Positions 27,556 through 35,141 of a stretch of 64,000 bases of DNA are shown here, piece after piece. How positions within the stretch are numbered: the stretch's first letter is position 1; every line of letters begins with the position of its first letter. A model generated the notes under the pieces. The model saw only the letters and a list, made by a program, of their open reading frames with translations, was not told the DNA's origin and ran no database searches. The DNA comes from an uncultured Alphaproteobacteria bacterium (GTDB lineage Bacteria > Pseudomonadota > Alphaproteobacteria > CAAHEQ01 > UBA3637): contig CALXXX010000024.1 in NCBI GenBank assembly GCA_944392795.1, positions 215 through 64,214 of the forward strand. The letters are read 5' to 3'. A program made the position numbers and the translations under genes.

Positions 27556-28272
27556 TCACAAATGTTTCTTTTCAAAATATCTTTTAACAGAACCATCATA
27601 CTCAATTGTCCCGTCGGCAATACGTATCAAACGTTTAGCATATTGAGCCACATCTGGTTCATGTGTCACTAAAATAATTGTAATTCCTGTTTCGTTTAAC
27701 TTTTGAAAAAAAGTCATAATCTCGTCAGAAGTGCCGCTATCAAGATTACCTGTTGGTTCATCGGCTAAAATAATTTTAGGATTATTAATTAAAGCTCTAG
27801 CAATTGCGACTCTTTGTTGCATCCCACCGGATAATTGGTTAGGAACACGATCTTGATATCCCGCAAGCTTGACTTTTTTAATCATTTCTACAGCACGTTC
27901 ATAACATTCTTTTTTACCACAACCTTGATAAATCAAAGGCAGAGAAACATTATCAGCAATAGTCCTTTTCATTAACAAGTTAAAACTTTGAAACACAAAG
28001 CCTAAAGTCTTGCCACGCAGCTCAGCTAACTCATTATCTGTTAATTTAGAAATATGATGCCCGGCTAAGATATATTCTCCAGAAGTGGGACGATCTAAGC
28101 AACCTAAGATATTCATCAGAGTTGATTTACCTGAACCCGAATGTCCCATAATAGCAACGAATTCACCTTCTGTAATTGTAAAATTAACATCCTTCAAAAC
28201 CTGTTGGCTTAAACCACCCAGCATGTAATACGTTTTTTTCAGATGTTTAACTTCAACAACAGACTGAGACAT
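27556..28272 (-). CDS. ABC transporter ATP-binding protein (MacB/LolD family)
   Basis: GHSGSGKST, LSGGMQQRVAIAR, ILADEPTGNLD, VTHE. Confidence 0.95.
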   Translation of the reverse strand: MSQSVVEVKHLKKTYYMLGGLSQQVLKDVNFTITEGEFVAIMGHSGSGKSTLMNILGCLDRPTSGEYILAGHHISKLTDNELAELRGKTLGFVFQSFNLLMKRTIADNVSLPLIYQGCGKKECYERAVEMIKKVKLAGYQDRVPNQLSGGMQQRVAIARALINNPKIILADEPTGNLDSGTSDEIMTFFQKLNETGITIILVTHEPDVAQYAKRLIRIADGTIEYDGSVKRYFEKKHL

Positions 28273-29399
28273 TATCGTCTAAAACCTCCACTCGTTCCTG
28301 TAGAAATAAATTCAGAAATCAGCTCTTGACCTTCTTTTAGTCCACCTACAACTTCAACATACATGACATCACTTAAGCCGACTTGAATAACATGAGGCTT
28401 TAACCCTCCATCTTCAAAAGTATAGACAACAGCCTCCGAAGGTTTGATATCTTGAGGACGAGCACCCGTCAAATGCTGCCTCAAAAAAGCGTTCGGTTTA
28501 AATTGAACAGTTGTATTGGGAATACGCAAAACATTATCTTTTGCTGCTGTTACAATCGTTACGAATGCCGTCATTCCCGGTAATAATTTTTTATCATCAT
28601 TTGCAACTTCAACAATAACCGTATACATCACAACATTTTGTTCTTCAGTCGGATTAAGCCGAACTTGTTGAACGGTTCCTGTAAAAACTTCAGTCGGATA
28701 AGCATCTACGGTAAATTCTGCTTTCATCCCTTGTTGGATTTTGCCGATATCTGCTTCGGAAACATTGGCTTCTATCTGCATAAGCTTTAAATTTTCTGCA
28801 ATTTGAAAAAGTGTCGGTGTAGAAAAAGATGCGGCGACAGTCTGTCCCTGCTCTACTTCTTTTGACAGAACTGTTCCCGAAACAGGCGATTCTATCCGAG
28901 CATAATCCATATTTTGCTTTGCTTTATTATATCCTGCTTGAGCACTTTTTAAATTTGCTTCAGCGGTTGCTAAAGAAATTTCAGCATCTTCCATTTCTGC
29001 TTTGGCAATCAATTTTTGCTCATATAAATCTTTATAACGTTGATAGTTCATCTCTGCGACTTTATACTTACTTTGAGCTAATTCTAAAGCCGCTTGATTA
29101 TCCATTAAACTTTCATTTAATAAAAATTTATCTAACTCTGCTAAAAGTTGCCCCTTTTCAACTTCATCATTGTAGTCCACCAATACTTTTTCAATAATCC
29201 CAGAAACCTGCGTGCCGACACTTACCACATTAATCGGTTGTAATGTACCGGTGGCCGTCACTTTTTCAACAACAGGACCTTTTTCAACCTTGACAAATTC
29301 AAATTGATTACGACTAAGATGGCTTGATGGCTTCAAAAAAGCATATCCTCCAACGCCGATTAACGCAACTATTCCTAAAACAACCAAACCTTTTTTCAT
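28272..29399 (-). CDS. Periplasmic adaptor / membrane fusion protein (MacA-like)
   Basis: N-terminal anchor, VGTQVSGII, IESPVSGTV, GQTVAASFSTPTLF. Confidence 0.92.
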   Translation of the reverse strand: MKKGLVVLGIVALIGVGGYAFLKPSSHLSRNQFEFVKVEKGPVVEKVTATGTLQPINVVSVGTQVSGIIEKVLVDYNDEVEKGQLLAELDKFLLNESLMDNQAALELAQSKYKVAEMNYQRYKDLYEQKLIAKAEMEDAEISLATAEANLKSAQAGYNKAKQNMDYARIESPVSGTVLSKEVEQGQTVAASFSTPTLFQIAENLKLMQIEANVSEADIGKIQQGMKAEFTVDAYPTEVFTGTVQQVRLNPTEEQNVVMYTVIVEVANDDKKLLPGMTAFVTIVTAAKDNVLRIPNTTVQFKPNAFLRQHLTGARPQDIKPSEAVVYTFEDGGLKPHVIQVGLSDVMYVEVVGGLKEGQELISEFISTGTSGGFRR

Positions 29400-29440
29400 A
29401 AAATAACTCCTTTTTCCCTCAGAAAAAACATCTTCTGATA

Positions 29441-30790
29441 TTACGAACGCGCCTCCATTTTACCTAACACGCGCATTAAATTATTCTTAGCGATTAAAAA
29501 ATTATAAAAACTGGTGCTAAATTCAATTCGGGCATTTGCTAACTGTGCTTGAGCATCTAAAAGGGTTAGAATATTAACCCGACCCACTTTATAGGAAGCA
29601 AAAGCAACACGTTCTGATTCTTCGGCGCTCTTTAAAAGAGTTTGAGAAATCGTATGCGTTCTAAAAGAAGTCTTATAATCCTGCACTGCTGCCCAAACTT
29701 CATTTTCAATTGTATTTTTTAAATCTGTTAATTCATTTTGTGCTTGTTCATATTGATATGCAGCTTGTCCGATTTTATAAGACTGTTGAAAGCCTGTAAA
29801 AATAGGAACAGATAGCTGCAACCCGGCAGAAGAACTATAAGTCGTATCACGCCCACGACGTAAATCATCTCCGATACCGGCACCGGCATTAGCTGATAAA
29901 GTTGGTAATCCATCTGATTTTGCAATTTCAATATCTAATTCTGCAGCTTGCTTGGCGAGTTCTTTAGCCTTATAATCTGGCCTATTTTTCAAAGCTTGTT
30001 CTATCAGTTTTTCAATCTCATCAACATCTTCTGTATCTTGAATTTTTTCATCTCGCCTGTTTAACTTTAACAAAGTATAAGGAGGTAAATTCATCAACTT
30101 AGCAAGGTTGCCTCGTTGAATCGCTATCTCTTTTTGTGCAACGGTAGAGGATAACTTGGCTTGAGCATAAGCTGTTTCTGCTTGCAGTTTGTCTGATAAT
30201 GGCACAAGTCCCAAATTAAAACGACTAGACGCTTCCTCATAGGCTTTTTGAGAAGCCTTCTCACTCTCCAGTAAACCTTCATACTTTTCTTCTGCTGACA
30301 AAACGCTAAAAAAACTTTCCGCGACATTATAAAGCAACGTTTGCAAACTATTATCATATGTATAATAAGCACTATTCAGATACGTTTTAAACTGCTCCGC
30401 CGTTGCAGAACGACCGCCGAAATCCAACAGAAGCCACTTTAATGATAAATCAGCATTTGTATCTGTCTGATCATCTGAACCATCGCCATCTACTTTTGTA
30501 TTACGCTGTGTTAACGAGGCCGCTCCATCAATGCTCGGCAGATAAGAAGACAAACTTTGACCATATTGAGCCCCTGAAACCTTTGTTGCCAAATAGCTTA
30601 CTTTCAAAGAGGGATTTTGACAAACAGCTATTTCCATAACATCTAATAAATCTAAATTCTCTGTTATTTTCTTATGATGACAAACCTGTTCATTTTCTTG
30701 TTTATAAATACCAAAAGGATCCAAGGCAAAAGCTGGAAAAACAAAGAAAAGAAAAAAAAGACTAAAATCTAATTTAAGAATAAACTTCAT
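29441..30790 (-). CDS. TolC-family outer membrane channel
   Basis: Duplicated OEP-like halves, LPSIDG, LSVPIFTGF, LTLLDAQ. Confidence 0.9.
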   Translation of the reverse strand: MKFILKLDFSLFFLFFVFPAFALDPFGIYKQENEQVCHHKKITENLDLLDVMEIAVCQNPSLKVSYLATKVSGAQYGQSLSSYLPSIDGAASLTQRNTKVDGDGSDDQTDTNADLSLKWLLLDFGGRSATAEQFKTYLNSAYYTYDNSLQTLLYNVAESFFSVLSAEEKYEGLLESEKASQKAYEEASSRFNLGLVPLSDKLQAETAYAQAKLSSTVAQKEIAIQRGNLAKLMNLPPYTLLKLNRRDEKIQDTEDVDEIEKLIEQALKNRPDYKAKELAKQAAELDIEIAKSDGLPTLSANAGAGIGDDLRRGRDTTYSSSAGLQLSVPIFTGFQQSYKIGQAAYQYEQAQNELTDLKNTIENEVWAAVQDYKTSFRTHTISQTLLKSAEESERVAFASYKVGRVNILTLLDAQAQLANARIEFSTSFYNFLIAKNNLMRVLGKMEARS

Positions 30791-30928
30791 AATTCACTCC
30801 TTTTTGTATCATAAATCCCTTTTCTTAACAAAATATAAACCTCTTCATCGTTTTTACAGGTGCTTTTTATATAAGGATAATTTTTTTATCTTATAGGATG
30901 TTTTTTCGATCAAAAAATGGAATAAAAA

Positions 30929-30953
30929 AAAAGCCCTTAGAAACAGGGCTTTT
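30929..30953 (-). terminator. Terminator after the small regulator
   Basis: AAAAGCCCT/AGGGCTTTT with T-run on the minus strand. Confidence 0.75.
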
Positions 30954-30968
30954 GTATGATTTTTTAAA

Positions 30969-31175
30969 TCAACTGTTCGCAAAGAAAGAGACTTTAGGTC
31001 GAGGATCTTTTAACTCGATGGTATCTGAACTATCATAGAAATCATCCCACATATCTAAAGCATCGCAGACAGCCTGAATTAAGAAATCCTGAACACTTTC
31101 TCCATTTTTATGGGCATGTTTTTCCAACTTCTCATATAGTCTTTCGTCAATATTAAGCGCTATCTTACGTGCCAT
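30969..31175 (-). CDS. Small ribbon-helix-helix-like protein (68 aa)
   Basis: Alternating beta strand KIALNID followed by two helices (ERLYEKLEKHA, SVQDFLIQAV); AGGGAG SD. Confidence 0.65.
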   Translation of the reverse strand: MARKIALNIDERLYEKLEKHAHKNGESVQDFLIQAVCDALDMWDDFYDSSDTIELKDPRPKVSFFANS

Positions 31176-31210
31176 TCTTCTCTCCCTATTTTTAGTTTCT
31201 AAATTTGTTA

Positions 31211-31310
31211 TAGACGCACGAGTTAGAGACTGCAACAAAAAAATGCGACTTTTTTTGCCGAGTCGCTCTAATTGTTTTCTTGCACGACTCGCAAAGGCGC
31301 AGAAAGTCTA
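31211..31310 (-). promoter_or_regulatory. Candidate structured leader RNA / attenuator
   Basis: GC-richer island with nested stems. GCGACT/AGTCGC hairpin followed by ATTTTTTT; upstream CGAGTCG is complementary to the 5' arm. Confidence 0.4.
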
Positions 31311-31599
31311 GCTTTAGATAAGATAATTTTTTTTAAAAAAAGAACCGCTATTTTGCCTATTTTTTAAGCAACTTTCTTTTGCATGTCTCTTTTTTTTAGT
31401 TTTTCCGATTCGAATCGATAAGTGCTTTAATATATTTTCTCCCTAATAGCTTTAAAACTGATATTTTTCCTTTTTAACGTTTTGTTTATGCTTTTATTAT
31501 AGACTCATAACCAAGTTCTTATAAGGGGTTATTTGTTCTTTTTTTGTTCTTAAATTCTTCATAAAAACTCTAAAAAAATGACTCATTTCCTATGCAAAT

Positions 31600-31635
31600 T
31601 CCCATTGACTCCCATCTCATCCCATGATATCCCAT
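31600..31635 (+). promoter_or_regulatory. MraZ-box direct repeats overlapping the dcw promoter
   Basis: TCCCAT at 31600, 31610, 31620 and 31630 (exact 10-bp period; TGGGA on the minus strand); TTGACT at 31605. Confidence 0.75.
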
Positions 31636-31683
31636 AAGAAGAAAAGAAACAGGAAACGAGTCGTATAAAAACAGGGGAACATT

Positions 31684-32157
31684 ATGGTCAAGAAAAGCTG
31701 TCTTTTCCTTGATACCATTCAAAATAAAATCGATACCAAACTTCGCATATCGGTTCCTGGTTCATTTCGCGCTGTCTTAGAAGAAATGAACACAGAGTTA
31801 ATTCTATATGCTTCATTCAAACAACCCTGTCTGGAAGGACTAACAGGGGATATGCTAGAGGTTCTTGCTCAAGGTATCTATGAACAATATGACATGTTTT
31901 CTGAAGAAGAAAATGATTTAACGAGTCTTATTTTTGCAGAATCACGCGTTTTTCCTTTGGATAGCACCGGACGTTTAACTTTACCTCCTAAATTGATGGA
32001 ACACGCTGAATTATCTGATACAGCCCTGTTTGTCGGGAAGGGTAAAACCTTTCAAATCTGGAATCCTGAAATCTTCGCCGAAGAGCAACAAAAAATTCGT
32101 GAAAAGATGAAAACACGGCCGCTCACGTTCCGCCTAAAAAAGGAGGTAAATGAATGA
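31684..32157 (+). CDS. mraZ: Transcriptional regulator MraZ
   Basis: KIDTKLRISVPGSFR, LDSTGRLTLP, FVGKGKTFQIWNP. Confidence 0.92.
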   Translation: MVKKSCLFLDTIQNKIDTKLRISVPGSFRAVLEEMNTELILYASFKQPCLEGLTGDMLEVLAQGIYEQYDMFSEEENDLTSLIFAESRVFPLDSTGRLTLPPKLMEHAELSDTALFVGKGKTFQIWNPEIFAEEQQKIREKMKTRPLTFRLKKEVNE

Positions 32158-33065
32158 GCCGCCACATTCCCGTTCTATTGAAAGAAGCTGTGGCAGCCCT
32201 TCGAATTCAGGATAACGGGGTTTATGTGGATGGCACCTTTGGAGCAGGAGGATATACCTCTTTCATTTTAGAGCAAAATCCAACTGTCCATGTCTATGCT
32301 TTAGATCGAGATGAAACCGCTATCTCTGCCGGTCGAGCACTTGTAAAAAAATACGCTCCTCGACTTCATTTAATTCATGGTTGTTTTGGAGACATGTCAG
32401 AACTGATACCGGAATCCGTAGACGGAATTGTGTTAGATATCGGTGTTTCCTCAATGCAGATTGACACACCTGAACGCGGTTTTTCATTTCAAAAAGATGG
32501 TCCTTTAGATATGCGTATGGGACAAACGAGGTTAACTGCTGCCGATATAGTTAATACATTCAAAGAAAATGAATTAGCCGATATTCTGTTTCAATATGGG
32601 GAAGAAAAGAAAAGTCGATTAATTGCAAAAAAAATCATTGAACGTCGCAAAGAAAAACCTTTTAAAACTACCCTTGATTTAGCACAACTTATTCACGGAT
32701 GTATGCCGCACAAAGAAGGCGAGATTGATAGCGCGACACGAACATTTCAAGCCTTGCGCATTTATGTAAATGATGAATTAGGAGAATTGGAACGAGCTTT
32801 AATTGCCGCTAAAAGCTTATTAAAGCCTGCCGGAATTTTAGCAGTTGTTTCTTTTCATTCTTTAGAAGATAGAATCGTCAAACGCTTTTTCCAAGAACAA
32901 AGTGGACACACCCCCAATACGAATAAGCATCTTCCTCCTGTTCAAAAAGAAAAGCCCAGTTTTGAATTGTTAACGAAAAAGCCAGTAACGGCAACTTTAG
33001 AAGAAAAAAACGCCAATCCTCGCTCAAGATCTGCCAAACTTCGTGTGGCAAGGAGGCTTGCATGA
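32154..33065 (+). CDS. rsmH: 16S rRNA m4C1402 methyltransferase
   Basis: HIPVLL, DGTFGAGG, LDIGVSSMQID, SFHSLEDRIVK, NPRSRSAKLR. Confidence 0.97.
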   Translation: MSRHIPVLLKEAVAALRIQDNGVYVDGTFGAGGYTSFILEQNPTVHVYALDRDETAISAGRALVKKYAPRLHLIHGCFGDMSELIPESVDGIVLDIGVSSMQIDTPERGFSFQKDGPLDMRMGQTRLTAADIVNTFKENELADILFQYGEEKKSRLIAKKIIERRKEKPFKTTLDLAQLIHGCMPHKEGEIDSATRTFQALRIYVNDELGELERALIAAKSLLKPAGILAVVSFHSLEDRIVKRFFQEQSGHTPNTNKHLPPVQKEKPSFELLTKKPVTATLEEKNANPRSRSAKLRVARRLA

Positions 33066-33397
33066 AACGTTTTTTATTTAATATGATTTTCGTATTGCTT
33101 GCCTTTATGTCTTCTGCCGGTATGTTTATTTTAAAGTATCAGGTCATTGTTCAAGAAGAAAAACTTGCCTCTCTTCAACATGAGATTATCAAAAACCAAC
33201 GGACTATTCATGTTTTAAAAGCGGAATGGTCTCATCTCAACGATCCAGAGCGTATTCGAACGTTAATTGAAGCACACACAAAGCTGGCTGTTGTTAAGTC
33301 TACTCAAATTATTCAATTAGAAGATGTCGCTTTAAAAGAACTCCCCGCTCCGACACGCAAACCGCAAATTGTTCCTGTCGCCTACGAAAGACCATAA
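33062..33397 (+). CDS. ftsL: Cell division protein FtsL
   Basis: Single TM, coiled coil, LKAEWSHLNDPERI; positioned between rsmH and ftsI. Confidence 0.85.
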   Translation: MKRFLFNMIFVLLAFMSSAGMFILKYQVIVQEEKLASLQHEIIKNQRTIHVLKAEWSHLNDPERIRTLIEAHTKLAVVKSTQIIQLEDVALKELPAPTRKPQIVPVAYERP

Positions 33398-33398
33398 A

Positions 33399-35132
33399 AT
33401 GCCTTTTAAGAAAAAAAAAGAAACTTTCTTCTATGTCGGACAAGAAATTCCTGTTTCCGGAGGTGATCGCTATCGTTTTTTAGATAAAGCTACCGTTTCT
33501 GCTTTAAAAACGGGACGTTTAAGAATGTTGTTTGTTGCCTATGTTTTTTTAATAGCTTTTCTCATCCTAGGAGGTCGCCTTTTTGAACAAACAATTTTAA
33601 AAAAGAATATCAATCCCCCTCGACGGCAGCTTTCTTTAACAGACTTACCCGTTAAACGGGCCGATATTGTTGATCGAAACGGAACAATCCTAGCGACTAG
33701 CCTCCCAACCGTTGATTTATATATTGATGCGCGTCATGTGCCGCATCCGCAACAACTGGCAGAAGATTTAATAAGTGTTCTACCGGATCTAAAAAAAGAA
33801 ACAATTTTAAAACAAATTGCAACAAAAAGCAGTTTCCGGTTTATCAAAAGAAATTTAACACCAAAAGAACAATACGCAGTCAATCGTCTGGGCTATCCGG
33901 AATTAAATTTCATAGACGGAGAACAACGCATTTATCCCCAAAGTCATTTGTTTTCACATTTGTTAGGTTTTACCAACATTGATAATAAAGGCATAACCGG
34001 ACTTGAAAAAGCATTTGATGAACAATTAACCCAAGATACTACACCAATTCGACTTTCTGTAGATACCGGCATTCAAAATATTGTGCGTTATGAATTAGAA
34101 AAGGGCATTCAAAAGTTCAACGCCACCGGAGGAGCCGCTGTTGTTATGAATGCCAAAAACGGAGAAGTATTAGCTCTTGTTTCTCTTCCTGATTTTGATC
34201 CGAACCGTGCGTCGACGCGAACAAATCAAAATCTTTTTAACAAAGCAACCTTAGGTGTTTATGAAATTGGATCTGTTATGAAGCTCTTCACAGTCACAAT
34301 GGGTCTTGAAAGTAAAACTATCACGCCTGATGATAAAGTTGATGCGACTGAACCTTTAAAATATGGTCGTTTCCGTATAACAGATTATCAAGGGAAAAAT
34401 CGTTTTTTAACTATTCCGGAAGTTTTAATTTATTCATCTAATATTGGCTCGGCAAAAATAGCTTTAGCTATGGGAGAAGAGCAACAACGTGCTTTTTTAG
34501 AACGTTTTGGCTTATTGTCACCACTATCATTTGAACTACCGGAAAAAGGACGACCAATGTATCCTGATCCTTGGCGAGAAATTAACACTGTCACTATTGC
34601 GTATGGATATGGTCTGGCTATTTCACCGCTTCATGTAGCTTCTGCCGTCAGTGCTATTGTGAATGGAGGTTTATACCATCATCCGACTGTTTTAAAGGGG
34701 AAAAATGACACTGAACCGGCGACACAAGTCATATCACCCCAAACATCTCGCATCATGCGTTTTATGATGAGAGCTGTTGTTGACATAGGCTCAGGAAAAA
34801 GCGCTAACATTAAAGGATATTTAGTCGGAGGAAAAACAGGCTCTGCAGAAATGCAAGATGAAAACGGACGATACGTTAAAGGAACTTTAAGAACTTCTTT
34901 TGTCGGAGCTTTTCCTATGGATGATCCTCAATATGTTGTTTTTGTTATGTTGGAAAACCCGATGAAACGTGAAGAAGACTGGTATTTCAATACAGCTGGT
35001 TGGAACGCGACGCCTACAGGAGGACGCATTATAGAGGCTATTGCACCTCAACTTGGTATTATTCCAAAAGAAGAACTTGAAAAACCAGCCTATATTGAGG
35101 TAGCCTATAGTCAGTATAAAAAGAAAAAATAG
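33399..35132 (+). CDS. ftsI: Penicillin-binding protein 3
   Basis: RADIVDRNG, SVMK (SxxK), SSN, KTG. Confidence 0.95.
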   Translation: MPFKKKKETFFYVGQEIPVSGGDRYRFLDKATVSALKTGRLRMLFVAYVFLIAFLILGGRLFEQTILKKNINPPRRQLSLTDLPVKRADIVDRNGTILATSLPTVDLYIDARHVPHPQQLAEDLISVLPDLKKETILKQIATKSSFRFIKRNLTPKEQYAVNRLGYPELNFIDGEQRIYPQSHLFSHLLGFTNIDNKGITGLEKAFDEQLTQDTTPIRLSVDTGIQNIVRYELEKGIQKFNATGGAAVVMNAKNGEVLALVSLPDFDPNRASTRTNQNLFNKATLGVYEIGSVMKLFTVTMGLESKTITPDDKVDATEPLKYGRFRITDYQGKNRFLTIPEVLIYSSNIGSAKIALAMGEEQQRAFLERFGLLSPLSFELPEKGRPMYPDPWREINTVTIAYGYGLAISPLHVASAVSAIVNGGLYHHPTVLKGKNDTEPATQVISPQTSRIMRFMMRAVVDIGSGKSANIKGYLVGGKTGSAEMQDENGRYVKGTLRTSFVGAFPMDDPQYVVFVMLENPMKREEDWYFNTAGWNATPTGGRIIEAIAPQLGIIPKEELEKPAYIEVAYSQYKKKK

Positions 35133-35141
35133 GAAGAGAAT

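Noticed and set aside
31176-31683. RNase P, 6S or SRP RNA in the large spacer before mraZ
   Set aside because: None of their conserved cores (e.g. GAGGAAAGUCC, the SRP loop) is present and the fold is only about 100 nt; kept only as an unknown structured leader.
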